A stretch of 63,913 nucleotides of DNA, the filler included, from Intoshia linei (lineage: Eukaryota; Animalia; Orthonectida): the NCBI GenBank assembly GCA_001642005.1. It is 4 parts of 4 records of this genome, joined end to end, with 100 filler letters (N's around TTAATTAATTAA, not from the genome) between each part and the next. Parts side by side here need not be neighbours in the genome. Positions count along the whole stretch, not along the records: positions 21,783 to 52,992 come from LWCA01000345.1; 3 more parts are not named here. The stretch is one strand, 5' to 3'. Numbering within the stretch: the stretch's first letter is position 1; each line of letters starts with the position of its first letter. Made by a program: the position numbers and the translations under genes. The notes under the pieces were generated by a model. It worked only from the letters and a program-made list of their open reading frames with translations. It did not search any database and was not told the DNA's origin. This document shows, in pieces, positions 35,119 to 49,600 of the stretch.

Positions 35119-38100
35119 TTAATAAAACAAACTGTAACTGATAAAAATCAAACATTCATCATTATCATTTTTGGGGAAAAAAGAAAAATTTTGGCCCACT
35201 GCATTAGAGCCATTTTCTTGATAATTATGAGAATAAAAAAACAAACTTCCCTTATTAACAATTTGGTCTTTTCCACCAAAATTAATAATTGTAGAATTTA
35301 AACAAAATATAATTGAATCGTTTTTCAATGTAATTTCAGTATTTCGATTATGAGTGTTAGATTTATTTTTTTCATATTTTGGAATCTAAATTTAAGAAAA
35401 ATTAACTCATCACTTTATAAATAACTAGGTTAACTGTTATGTACTTGTGTTATGTTAATATTAAAAATAAAGTAAAAAAAGTCCAATCCTAAAAATTGTC
35501 ATAAATAGCATAAATTCCAGAAAAATTTTGTCATTTTTAATGTGATGATATATATTCAGTACCAATTTAATAAATACTTAAAAATACCAATTGTGTATGA
35601 ATAATTAACCGAATCTTCACTGTATAAACATTAATTAGTCGAATTTTTCCAAAATTGCAAAGGATTGTAATAAATATAAAAATGATATTAACAAAGTTAT
35701 TTTAGTTTCTATTTAAATTGTATTCAAACTTCTGAAAATGAGAATTTGAAATTTAAAAATTGCGTAGCAATGAAAAAAATTCCGAAAGAATGAATTATGT
35801 ACATTTTCACCCATATTTCTTTATTGGAAATGTGTAAACGTTCACTGCACATTTTTTTTGAAATTGAAATTTTGAATTTGTAAAATCAATGTTTACATTT
35901 TCATATTTTATTTTAATCGAAATATTTGAAAAATATTGGTTGATAATATTTTAAAAATTATTTTTTATCGGAAATGCGAAGATTTCTCGTTTATCATTTA
36001 CCGTTCATTATTTCACATTTTTTGTTTTACATATTTGTTAATAAAATATTTCGGAAAAAAAATATGAATACTAAAAAATTTTTTGACCGTGAAGTCGTCA
36101 CTTATTCGAATTGAAATTTTTTGTGTGTGTTAACAGGATACAACTGTACCACCTGTAATTTTTCAAATTCTAGGGCTGTTTTCGAACTCGTTTGATTTTC
36201 AAAAAGAGGGACAACTGGGGTTTTTGACCCGTAAGATGTGGAATTGGGAGGTTGAAATTTATTTTGCTAACACCCCGGAAAAAACTGTAATTAAAATGTG
36301 GACATTATAAAATTCTAAGACGGGTAGTTATTTATATAAAGTGGAACACACACACACAAACAAAAATAGCGTAGCATATTATAATATTTGGATACTGTAA
36401 TACTAGTTATATAATTATATAAGTAAGGATAATGTAATGTATATATGTAAATTTAATTAAATCATTTTTTCTAATTTTAATTCTAATTTTCATCACCTAT
36501 GCCTCCTCTACATCGAAATTAATGATAATCTAATAAAAGTTTTGTGGCAATTACTCGAATCTTTTATTTTGTAGTCAAATATTATATATCGCAAATTTAT
36601 TTCTTAGTGAATATAAAAAACATCGTGAAAACTGATTAATTATGAATATTATCTTGGTTAAAATATTCTTATAAGTACAAGTGTATTACAATTATTTATT
36701 AAGTAGTAAGTAAAATATTGCAATTATTGGAGAAATGATTGCAATAATTTATTTTTGAAATTTTTTTTGCAATATTATTGCAATAAAACAATGATTGGGC
36801 CTGGTCGTAACACATAAAATTAGCTGGGACGTATTAGTGCACACGGCGCAAATGTTGAGAAACACTGGTGTAAATAAATGAAATTAAAAAACTCACCATT
36901 ATTTTCATCACATTAAAATCCAAACAACTGGGAGATGGTTGGTAAATGCTGACATGTTGTTTGATAATGCGTGGAATGACAATATATTTAGATGGGTGAG
37001 ATTTATCAAAAATAAGTGAATCATTTAACATTCTATCTTCATCTTTACTAACCAATTTCAAGAAAATATCATAATCTATAAATTTCGGGGTTAATCCGGC
37101 ACGTATAACGTTGTCTGATGAAGCCATACATTCTATACAATCTAACATGGTAAAATTAATATACAAATGTAAATGGCAATATATTACCTATAATTATATT
37201 AAATAGTCACTATCAGGAATTATAATTATTTGATTGCAACCAATTTAATTGCAATAAATTGGTTTTTTGAAATATAAAAAAATTTCAATTAATTGAAAAA
37301 TTAATATTTAGCAAAAAATTAATTGGTTTATACAAAATAATTGATTGCAATCAATTATTTCCAATCCTTGGTCACTATATATCACTTTTTTACTTTAAAA
37401 GTAGACTAATTCGTATCTAAATCTTTTTCAAACCTCAAAGCAAAAAATTGAAATCATAAACTTTATGATAAAACGTAAAAATTAAGGTTAATTTTTAAAA
37501 ATAATATCAAAACTTAATACATTCAATAAATTTTAGCAACCATTGCAAATTGCAATGCACCAATGCATTGCTGAATATAATAATAATAAATATGTATAAT
37601 ATGAAATGTAATTACCTCCAGAAAAATAGCAATGTGGAACATTAGCTGGTAAATATAAACTTTCATATGCATTTAATGTAATTTTATTTAAAAAGAATGC
37701 ACTAAATGTCCCAATATCACCAGGATATATTCTGTACATCAACAAAAAGGCGTCTTCAATTTCACTGAGTTTTTTTGAATTTAGAGAATCTAAAAAATAT
37801 TCAAAATGATTAAGAATAATCCTACTCACATACTTGTATACTTATTTTTTTGTAACCATTTATTTCTGAAAATAAGAGGCGTATGTTTTAAAAACCCCAA
37901 TTTCTAATACAGTTTTTTGAGAGTGGTGTGTTATAGTAAATTTCATTTTGATAAATATCATTATTCAATGTCAGAAACCAAAATTACCATTTTTTTTAAA
38001 ATAAAATAAGTTCTTAGAATTTTCAAAAGCATACATTCTAGAAAAGTGTTTAACATCATTAACATTATCTTAATCTTAACGTCATGGTCAAACCAGAAAC

Positions 38101-38994
38101 TATACTTTTTTTTTATAAATGAAAACAGTATATGATTTGATGAATGATGTCGATTTAAAAAAAGAAAAATTTTATAATACATAGCATGAGTCATCCTCAT
38201 GTTAAGTTAAATAAAATCTACTGCAAGAATAACCAATTTCATTAAAAATGGCTTTAGCCATTAAGACAAATTTTCCTCTTTGATTGTCATACATTTTAAA
38301 CAAAACTTGAAAAAGCTGAAAAGAACTAAATTGATCGATATCGGTAGTACTATACAGAGCAGCAAAGTTTTTATATTCTAAAAATATATAACATAAATTA
38401 AAAATATAAAAAAATCAAACTATGAATATATTGACATATAAATTTTCGATTTCTAAATCCTACAAAAGCTTCAAATTTATTCAATGCAACGACCATTTCT
38501 GGTTTATGATTATCATCTCCATAAATATTTGGATATAATTTATTAAGTATTGTAGCGTTTGTTTTATTTGGATGAATTTGTATAGATAATGGTTCATTTA
38601 TGCTTAAAACTTTCATTAGAAAAGGTAATTTTCGATTTAGTTTATTTTTTAAAGTATTTTTATTATTTTTTTTCAAATCATCATTCCATACATAATTCAT
38701 TCCTCTTTTATGAGTTCCCATCCACAACTAAAATAAATAGATAATGGTAAAAGTGAAATCAAAAATCACAAATTAAAATAGTTGACTATCCACCATTTAT
38801 ATAGTCAAAAATTTAAATTTAAAATAACTCAGAGAAAAATTGGCAACCTCGGCATAATGAGTGTTTGGATCACAATCAAATTTTGATATACATCCCGGTG
38901 CCAATTTTGAAATTATGCTTTTAGATCCAATTCTGCCCCAAGAGTAATTTTGTACTGCTGCATTTAATCTCCACACTAAAATTGAACATGTCAT
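35119..38994 (-). CDS. MPI: Mannose-6-phosphate isomerase (type I), about 6 exons
   Basis: [72 protein letters not shown]. Confidence 0.95.
35425..36392 (-). mobile_element. Helitron copy (same family as 27379) in last MPI intron
   Basis: Reverse-complement homology to 27379-28785, 3' end GTACATAACAGTTAACCTAG|T. Confidence 0.75.
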
Positions 38995-41693
38995 GTTATT
39001 TTCCTATAATTATAATTATAGGAGAAATCCATTTCTAATTAATAAAAATTTTGGATGAAATGAGAAATTGTGAAGCAAAAAATAGAATACACTATTACCA
39101 GTCTTGTACTATTATTTTCAAAAACATATATTATAGGTTAGGGTCTATTGTCCTTTATTTTCAAAAAATTGACTTATTATAAATTATTTACTTTTGCAGA
39201 CCATAATTACAATAAATAATATATGATAATCAATTATAATTGACTAGGGCCGTTTTCATTTAAAAAAGAAAGGTAATTTGGGGTTTTGGCCCTGTAGATA
39301 TAATTTTTTTTTAAATTTTAAAACTCGTTTGATTTTCAAAACAAGGGACAACTGGGGTTTTTGATCCGTAAGATGTGAAATTAGGAGGTTGAAATTAAGT
39401 TTGCGCACACCCCCGGAAAAATGTGAACTTTATAAAATTCTAAGACGGGTAGTTATTTAAATAAAGCGTAACACACACACAAACAAAAATCGTGTAGCAT
39501 ATCATATAAGTTAGGATTATTTCATTCATTTTATCGAATTACATAAATTTCAAGTATATTAGAATAATAATGTATAATACCAATATAAATTTTTTTTCGT
39601 TTTTTAATTACAGAAAAAAAAAGTTTTAAATTTACTTGCCTAAAATTGAAGTTCTCTGAGTTTAATTAGTAATTACCGTTTATTTTAAAAATTAAGTCTT
39701 AAAATTTAAAATAATTAATTATAATTTTGTTTAATTATTATTATAATTATTAATTAGTCTAGAATTAATAGTTTTGTGAGAGTGATATTTGATAGCAAAT
39801 TTTATTTTCAGAAATTCAGCCCTTCAGTATGAAAAAAAACCTAATTATTCTTATTCTAAAAATTTTAAGCAACATAAATTCTGAAACGCGTTTTAAAACA
39901 TTTAACAATCTCAACCTCCGAAACATACATCTTCATGGTTAAAACCACAAATTATTTATTTTTTTTTAAAAATTAAAAAAGTCTATATTTTTGAAACGAA
40001 ACAATTTTGAAATAATATAAAAAACTATCCCTCCTTTCTATTATCTTGATCGCTATCCTCATTTTCGAGTTCGCCATATATTTAAATCTTTTCTATATCA
40101 AGCAATACATATAATCTACCAAAAACAATGCGAAGATTTAGCTTCTCATTTCAAAGCAACAATAACGATCCCATTAAAATTAATGAAATAAATTTGTTCA
40201 ATTGTTATGCAAAAGTTTTTCGCTACTACTTAATTCGTCTATTTTCTGAGTCTTTAACATAATATTTGAATAGTCTATTTTTAATTAATAAATTTGGTGG
40301 TATAACCAGGGCTACTACATTTTCCTATATTTTTCAATGGAAAATAGATAATATATCTACTGGATATTGCAGTAGTACTTATAAAGCTTTTGGTGGATAT
40401 GATAGTTGACACGTTTTTATTTTTATAAAGGTTTGAAGTAAGTACAGACAGGGTCGTGGAGAGAATCATATGCCCCGTGTCTACAATTATGAGGGCCTAC
40501 TTTTTTAATTTATTAATAGGTATTGATGAAAAATTTCTCAAGTATATCATGATTTCGATAATCAATGATTTCTAATGGTTATTTTTGTATTTTTGTTATT
40601 ATAATGGTTGAAATATCGATTAATTAATGTATAGAGTAATTAATGTCCATTTTTAAAAAAATTTTTATCAAGGCCTATACTTTCCATCAAGCCCGGGCCT
40701 AATGCTGGCTCTCCAAAAGCATTATTATGACCAAATGAGCTTTAATTCTTAAATTGTATCCGTTTAATTTAAGTAACTAGTTAACACTTTATTTGTAATT
40801 AATATTGTATTAATTGATTTTTAATCAGGGGTGCATAGTCATTAAGATCAATATTTGGGGTGCACAGGTCCAAAAACCACTAAATGTAAGAAAAAGTACC
40901 AAAAACTAAAGGAACCAACCCGTAAAGAACCACTGCTCTAGACGATAAATTTGCGAATTTTTATAGCTATTTGTATAAAAAATTTTATATTTAAAATAAT
41001 ATTTTTAAGAAAATTGTCATATATTTGTTACTGTGAGCAATATATTGTTAAAAACTTTAGAGGCGATGCCTCAGGGTTTTTTAACAGTTGAGAAGTTAGA
41101 TTGGGTGCAAATTTAATATTTTCAAAATTTTCATATGGTGGAAGGGTGCACTTTTAATTATATAAATTTGTTCACACTCCTAATATGCATATTATGTAAT
41201 AAAAATTCAATTTAGTACAGGTAGAAAAATTCAGTTTTACAAACCCTTTAGAGATAATTCTCGTTTTACCAACAATAAAAAGAAAAATTCAGTTTTACCA
41301 ACCATAAAAAGAAAAATCCGGTTTTACCAACCCATTATGGAAAATTCCACTTTCCCCAGCCCTAACAAAACTTTTCAGCAAAAACTAAATTTTTTTAAGT
41401 TTTATTTCATTAACAGGGACCAAGAAATTTGGTATTTTTTTGTATTTACACTGCATTCAATTTTATATTATTATTATTTTATATTTTTTGGTATTTAGAA
41501 AAATTGTTGTCAAACAACTGAGGATTTGTCTGAAAATCATCAAAAGTTGATTCACTACTTTAGTTTTTTGAGCCATAAAGGAGGCTCCCTGTAAATAAAA
41601 AATTTCTGTAATAGTGAAAATATATATTTTTTTAAAATTTGTACAAACAATAACTAGTAATACATTAATAATTCTTAAATATAAATACATTAG

Positions 41694-43184
41694 TTAATTG
41701 CATTCAGGGCAAAATGAAAGAGAATTAACAATAAGCTCTTTACAATCACCACACATATACTTTTTACATTTTTCGCAATTATACCATTCCGCCGACCCAA
41801 CATCCAAGCTCTCTTGTAAATTACAACCCAAGCACACGTAAACAGCGTCCTCATCAATCGTAGAATCAATTTTCACATCAATAGGTTTAATATAAATTGG
41901 TGGTGTAGTAAAATGAGAGGATTGAATAATTTGAGACGGTGAGAGTAAAAGCAAATCACAAGAAGTACAATAAACCGGTAAGCTACAAAACCTGGTTTTG
42001 CATTGTGGGCACAAATAACCATCTGAATTTAAAAAATGTTTACTCTTATCGTATTTATTGAAACCAATGTGACATTCACAAACATTTACGACGAGTTCAT
42101 TAGATTGGTGAGTGCGTTTATTATTTTTGGGATTAGAAATTAAATCAATTTCAGTAGGCTGATATAAATTTACAATATCATTTTCTATTTTCATTTTCTT
42201 TGAAGTGGAATATTCATGCGTCGAGTACAATTGTTTCAAAGGAAAAGCGACTTTAATCAGAGAATTATCGACATATTTGGACAAGACGGTAGGTTTAAGA
42301 AGTTGATTCAAACATTTTGATATTTCAGTAGGTGAAGACACAACCTTATAAGTTCCTTGACAAACTCTAGTTAAAACATCAATAATGTGAATTTTAGAAA
42401 AGAATCCAATTGCATTCACTTTAATTGGGACATTTTTAGAAAGTTTTTCCAATTTCTTATTATTTGAACCGATTGAGCAAACTTTTAGTTTCTTAATAGT
42501 CATATTAATGTCTGCTGGATCACAAGTGTTCATTGCTGACCAAATTACAACAAATTCTAGAGTACTATACTTGTTAACGTGTGGGATTTCATGATATGCA
42601 CATTCCAGCGCATTCTGTAAAGAGGGTTCTCCTTTTCCAGCCACAGTGACAAGTTCCGTCAATTCTTTATACATTTTATCTTTTTTAAATAAATCAAAAT
42701 ATTTTAACGAGTTTTCACCCAGTAAATTATTTGGATCATGATTTGATTTAATAATACCAGAAAAAGCGAAATTGATGGCCAATTTTAAATATTTTGCACT
42801 AAAATTAAAAGATGAAATCAAATAGGCTTTTCGGTTAGCTGTACCAACTATTGCTATTCTACTTAATGGATTTTCACTTGTAAATTTATCGACATAATTT
42901 AGTAGAGCCGATTCGATTAATACTGGTCTAGATGGCCGTAAATCGGATTGAATTAATGCTGCCGAAAAATCAATTATAAATACAACGTCTCTAACTATTC
43001 CTAGACGTCTACCAAGAGTATTCTTAGTTTCATTTTCACATTTATTTGATTTTTTCTCAGCATTTTTCGGGTCTTTTAATTTGTCAGATATTCGGTATAA
43101 CGATCCATTTTCAGATAAATTGATCGATAACCAGCTATGCTCGTATTCATCTTCCCAAGTATAATTTGCTGCGTCAATGTTCAT
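41694..43184 (-). CDS. GTF2H2: TFIIH p44/Ssl1 subunit, intronless
   Basis: YTWEDEYEHSW, RLGIVRDVVFIIDFS, DLRPSR, ENPLSRI, GEPSLQNALE, TCDP, GYLCPQCK..CSLPVYC, C-terminal Cys-rich finger. Confidence 0.95.
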   Translation of the reverse strand: MNIDAANYTWEDEYEHSWLSINLSENGSLYRISDKLKDPKNAEKKSNKCENETKNTLGRRLGIVRDVVFIIDFSAALIQSDLRPSRPVLIESALLNYVDKFTSENPLSRIAIVGTANRKAYLISSFNFSAKYLKLAINFAFSGIIKSNHDPNNLLGENSLKYFDLFKKDKMYKELTELVTVAGKGEPSLQNALECAYHEIPHVNKYSTLEFVVIWSAMNTCDPADINMTIKKLKVCSIGSNNKKLEKLSKNVPIKVNAIGFFSKIHIIDVLTRVCQGTYKVVSSPTEISKCLNQLLKPTVLSKYVDNSLIKVAFPLKQLYSTHEYSTSKKMKIENDIVNLYQPTEIDLISNPKNNKRTHQSNELVVNVCECHIGFNKYDKSKHFLNSDGYLCPQCKTRFCSLPVYCTSCDLLLLSPSQIIQSSHFTTPPIYIKPIDVKIDSTIDEDAVYVCLGCNLQESLDVGSAEWYNCEKCKKYMCGDCKELIVNSLSFCPECN

Positions 43185-43628
43185 TAATTTGAAATTTATT
43201 CGTTACAATTACAATACTAAACAAATCAAATTGTTATTTAGTATGATGATTAAATTAATTTAAAATTAAAACTTAATTTTTTCATAATCAAATAAAATAA
43301 TAAATTACATTGATCATCCTGCTCCATCGATTTGTTATGTAATTACTTAAATATTTGATAATATTTTAATATTGATGCAAACTTTTTATTTATTGGTTGT
43401 TATGTTTCGTGTTCAATGAACATTGTTCATTTTAGACTAAAATGTAGTTTCTAATCCTCGATATTAATTGAGTACATTTGTATTGTAGAATGTCCAAATT
43501 TTAATTTTAAATTTACAACCTTCCACCAATTCGAACCGTCTACAGGGTTAGAATTTCCAAGGCTTAGATTGTTTTAGAAAATATCACCAAAATTAAAAAT
43601 GATAAAGACAGAAAATTTATTGCATAAG

Positions 43629-46600
43629 TTAAATGAATTTAATATAATTCTCTGGGACCAATCCAGTATTATTGTCTGAATCTGTTGCAACATACCATCC
43701 CAATTCGACTGATGGTTTAACTATACATAAAATATAAAAATTATTGAATCTTAAAATACTTTTCGTTAGGAGAATATCGGCATGGAAACTTAGTTCTTCG
43801 TCCCTTTCGGCTTTGCATTGGAATAGCGTTACAGCTCTACTATAGAAAAATGTGAACGTAAATTGTAATTTACCTAGTTATGTATACTGTTTTTAGATAT
43901 GAATTTTCTTCTTTACTTTCTTTAAAATTTTATTAGATTAATATAATACACCAGGGGAGAGATCTCAATGGAATAATTTTTTAACTTGGATATATCAAAA
44001 TTTTCAAAATTTTACTATTTTTTTTATAAAAAATAAAATGTAAAATAGAGATTACTGGACGTCCATTCTCTGGAGCGACAAAACTACTTATCTATGATGA
44101 CGAATAAACATTTTCGACTTAAAATTTATTCCAAATAAACTAAAAGTGATAGTACGTATTTTTCTGGCCACTTTAGTTTATAGAGAATTCATCATTAGCT
44201 TCTACCTCAAATCCAACTTATAAATTATAATTTACAATACAAAAACTATTTAAATTTTGGTTTATCTAATTTCAATTTTTAATTCGTCATAAGTTATGAA
44301 TCGTAAACTTTTTTATTGTTGAATTTGTATTTATTTTTCATTTATTCACTTATTTATTATACATCTATACATACATATATTTATATTAATATTTTATTAT
44401 TATAATATAATATTATTATATTATCGTTAATATTTTATTATGTTATATTCATAATTTTGAGACCAAATTTTTTTAGGGTTTTTTTTACTCAATTTTTATA
44501 GATTAAGAAGATCCCATCAAATGTTAAAAATATTCCTTTCAAAACCCTACAAAATGATGTTCGTCCGATTACTTAAGTTAGTTTTATTTAAATGTCGAGG
44601 ACGACAGTTTGTCATATCTGCAATATATAATTTCCTTTATTTATTTGAAAAAAATACTTTTTTTTTGTTTTTTGTTTTTTTTGCAATCAACACTGAATTT
44701 TCTGTTTATCTCAAGAGTTGGTGTTTTTGGTTCAACAACATCAAGTGTTTGCTGTCTAAAATTATAATTATTCATTATAATAAATCAGGGTGGCAAAACG
44801 TGTTTTTCCGTCTTGGGCCCATTTGAATATGAAATATTCAATATCTAAGATTATTTTAGATGTATAGTACTTATCTAAAAGTTTGTAGTAATTTATTTAT
44901 TTTAACCAAAACTGAGATCTATAATTTATAAAACACCACTTCTAGGAATATTTACATATTTCCGGTAAAAAGTTACATTTTAACATTTTACCAAGCAACA
45001 ATGAATGATTTTAATGAAAATAGCGCCTACCCCATTGTAGAATCTATAGTATAGATTCTATACTTATTTAATTATTAAAATTATATACATTTAAATTTTT
45101 ACTTTTGTACACGTTGTGGAATTGGTGGTACTTGTCGAGGTTTTGGACTTTCTATGAAATAATTAATTATAATTTAAAATATTTGAATATTTTTAACTTT
45201 TAATTATAACTAGGGCAGTTTTTTATGGCAAAATGCCATTTTTTATATGGTAATCAGCACGAAATTACAAGCATCATGATATCAATATCATGTTTATTAA
45301 TTAGCTAATTAACAATTTATAAAGTCAATAAATGCTATTAAATGCCATAAAGTAAGTTTTTTTTTAAATGCCATAAAGTCAATATTTTTTTTTGTAAAGG
45401 ATATTCGACTTAAAAAAATAATATTTATGATATAATGAACAATAAAATTGAACAAATACCACTTTATCTATACAATTTATTAAGAAAAGCGACATCTACC
45501 ACCAATAGTGTTGAACGGAGTTTCAGTTTGTTAAAAAAATTGCTAACTAAACAGAGGCAATTTTTACTAGTTAATGTTAAGAAGTATATTGTTATACTAC
45601 AACAGGGGTCGTCATAGGGGTCGATTTGATTATTACTAATTAAATTTTATTAAAAAATATAAAAATACATTTAAATATTAAATGTAATTTGAACTTCAAT
45701 GAATTATATCATGTCTAAAATCTATTTGTTGGCGAACTATTTCATCTCAACCAATTAAAAAAGCTCATAAAATTTAAATAATAATGCTACTAAAGGTCAT
45801 TTTATTAATAAGAATAAATTTAGATTAGAAAAAAATTTTAGGGGTCGATTCAATACTACAATTTTTTTGGGGTCGATTGACTTAAAGTCGTGACGTCCCC
45901 TGTACTACATTGAACATTAATAATTTTCAACATCTCTAATCACACAATGAGATTTAAATCGTTTTTTTGATTCGGGGCCTATGAAAATATTAAAATTAAG
46001 ATGTTTTAAATATTGTATTGATTTAATTTAAAGCCTACGAGAAGAAGGTTTGGGGTACGATTCAGTTGGTATTAACCATAAAAACAAACAAAAATTTTAA
46101 AGTCAGATAAAGTCAGTAATTTCATTTATAGGTCAGTTTTTTTATTATTCTATAGGTCAATAAAAAATTGCCCTAGTTATAACTTTGATCAATGATTCTT
46201 AATTTTTCTAACCTATGGTAAATATTTGTTTGAACATATCGATTATATTCTAATACTTCGTCAATAATAAAATTTTCCGTCAGCCTTAAACTCTATGTAC
46301 ATTTATTTAAGGTGGTAACTACATTATCCCTTGTCCCTCTCATACAGAGTTTCTTAGTCGGGTGCAAGAAAAAGTAATTTCATAAAAAATGAAATTAATT
46401 TATTTTCAAATTGGAATATAATTTATTTTGATACTTTTGTCGATTATCCTTACTTATATAATAAGTTACGATATATTTGTCTGTGTGTGTGTTCCACTTT
46501 ATTTCAATAACTACCAGTCTTAGAATTTTATAAAGTCCACATCGTTTATTTCAATAACTACCAGTCTTAGAATTTTATAAAGTCCACATTTCAATTACAG

Positions 46601-49600
46601 TTTTTTTTCGGGGCATATAATAGATAAATTTCAACCATCCCAAACTCACATCTTACGGGTCAAAAACTCCTGTTGTCCCTCTTTTTGAAAATTAAACAAG
46701 TTGAAGAATTTAAAAAAATATAAACGCTGATGCGAATTTTAAAATCATAAACATTATCATAAATTTAAATTTAAAAAAATTATACCTTCATGACCAAAAC
46801 CACAAATTCCCTTTATTTTTTTTTGAAAACAGCCCTATAATTTTAAAAACATTTTAAAATTTACAGGTGGTACAGTGTTATCCTGTTAACACACACAAAA
46901 AATTTCAATCTGAATAAGTGACGATTTCACGGTCAAAAAATCATTTTAGTATTCATAAATATTTTTTCCGAAATATTTTATAAAAACAAAAAATTTGAAA
47001 TAATTAACGATCTGAAAATTAAAAAAATAAGAAGATTATTCTAATAGAGCTTATTCTAGTTGATATAAATACAAAAGTTAAAATCGAGAAATCCACGCAC
47101 TCCCTATGAAAAATAATGTTTAATATATTATCAACCAATATTTCGATTAAAATAAAAATTGAAAATGTAAATATTGATCCTACAATTTCAAAATAAAGTG
47201 TATTAGACGTCTTCACATTTCGATGTTTATTGATGTTATTGATTACGTTCGATATTATATGGTGGGTTCTAAAAATGTCAAAAAATAAGATTTTTAAGTT
47301 GAATTTTAAGGTATCATTTTTTTATTTTTTACAGGGTGCTGGAAATAATTGATCTGTCTAACTTGGGTGCTAAATTTAAAAAAGGCACCCAACAGATTTT
47401 TTTAATTTTAAAGATTATAATTATGGTAAAAATTACAATACTTAAAATCAAACTTCATTATAGTGGAAAAAATGTACTTTATGTTTAAATTTGAGAGTTT
47501 GCATTATAATGTTTTTTCTTTCTTATTATGTTTAAATGCAACTAATTATTAGTTACTATTAATATTATCAATAAATAATGAGGTTGAAGGTTAAAAAAAG
47601 GTTAATTTGATAATTGACTGATTTATAACATAATATCTATAATAATAATTATGATATAGTTTCATACGCAATGCCCTTCAAAAATCCAACCATTTTTATT
47701 AAAAAAAACTAATCTTTAAAGGAAAAATCCAGTTTTACCAAAAATTAGCAAAAATTCAAGTTTTACCAATCCAAAAATAAAAATACAATTTTACCAACCC
47801 TTTAGGGAAAATTTTAGTTTTAACAATCCTAAAAAGAAAAATCCAATTTTACCATCTCTTTAGCGAAAATTCTTGTTATACCAAATCTTAAGGAAAAATC
47901 CAGTTTTACCAATCCTTAAGGGAAAATTACACTTTTACCAACTATGACATGTGGTTCTCAAACACGCTCTCTTTTCATATTGGGTATGGAATTATATTGC
48001 TTTATACAAACAGACATTCCATTTAGTTATAATACTTTTTAAGACAAGTTTTTTGCATAATATAAAATGTTATTAACTTTACGCTTATTGAATTGAATAA
48101 GTGTAAAAAATTATAAATATATTATATAATTACTTAGCGCTTGATCTTGATCGAAGCTATCTTGTTTGTTGAAACTAAATAAAATTTTATGTGTATTTGC
48201 CTAATCAGCAGTGATGCTTACACTTTTTTGAGACAAAATTATAAAATTTAAATATGATAGCAAAAATTGATGATTACTTTTATTTTTCAAGTTAAAAAAA
48301 TTATCAAAAAAATGGGGATATAATATTCAGTTAAAAGAGCAAATGTCTATCAGAAACTTAAACTATTTAAAAAAGAAAATTACCTATTCGATGTTGGTGG
48401 TAGTGGTGATGGTCTTACTAAAAAATAATATAATACGTAACATGGTTATTAAAGTTTTAAATCGAAAAACATACACATAAAAGTAATGAACCCTGTCCAT
48501 TAGACATGCATAACCAGATAAAAAAGAACTTTTTCAACATTAGATAGAGTTGTGGCTATAAAAACAGCATAAAGCTATATATATGCGTTTAAAAAAAAGA
48601 ATTACTCAGTGGATAATTATAACTTGACATTTTTACATACATGATTTAATTTTTTTGAAATAGTCTTAAAAATTGAGGCAGACAAAAAAAACGCGTATTT
48701 TATGCATACATTAATTTATTATTATGAATATACATATTAATTTATATAGTATATTAATTATTGTTGTATTTACAAAACAGATACCGTTTCAAAACGGTTA
48801 CTGAATATAAAGTTCAGTTGCTATTGTCAAAGTAAATTAAATGTGAAAAAAATAATCTGAATATTCCCCTTCAAAGCTTGGTTAAAAAAAATCTTTAATC
48901 CCTCCCCTTTAATTTTTTTTTAAACCAAACTTTTAAGGGGAATTTTTAAGATTTTGTTTTGAACCAACTTTCAAGGGGGGTTTTTAGGAAATTTTAAGAA
49001 TTAAATTTTGGTCACAAAATTATCTTCAAAATCTTTAAAAATTGGAAAAAAAAAACTTAAAAACCATAAAAATCCTATCAAATTTTGTTTAAAATGTTTA
49101 AAAAAAAATCTTAAAAACCCTCTTGAAAATATGGTTCAAAAAAGATTTCCTAAAAACCTTCTTAAAAGTGTGGTTCAAAAAAAATTTTAAGAAAAGCCCC
49201 TTAAAATTTGGTTTACAAAAATTTCTAAAACCCAAAATTAGACTAAAATATAAATGAAAGTTTAACACATTCTACGACTAACCCATAGAATGTGTACAAC
49301 TGTGAAATGTACACATTCTATGCCACATATATATGGATGAAAAAAGTGCATATATAAGTAAACAACTCTGTATTAATATTGAAAGATTAAGTACCGGGTT
49401 TAGGTGTATTAATTTCATTATTTATGCTATTGTTTCTACTTTCACTAAATTTAAAAAATGATGAGCTAGTAGATAAATCCAAATTGCTGTTTTTTAAATT
49501 ATCAATCTTTTCGAGTGAATTTGTATCACTGTTCTTCAGTTCAGATTCAAATATCTATGTTAATATGATTAGTCTATCACCACATAATAGGGTGTCCAGT

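Noticed and set aside
48860-49240. Lys-rich ORF 49008-49190
   Set aside because: Translation of a ~38-bp A-rich minisatellite in an intron
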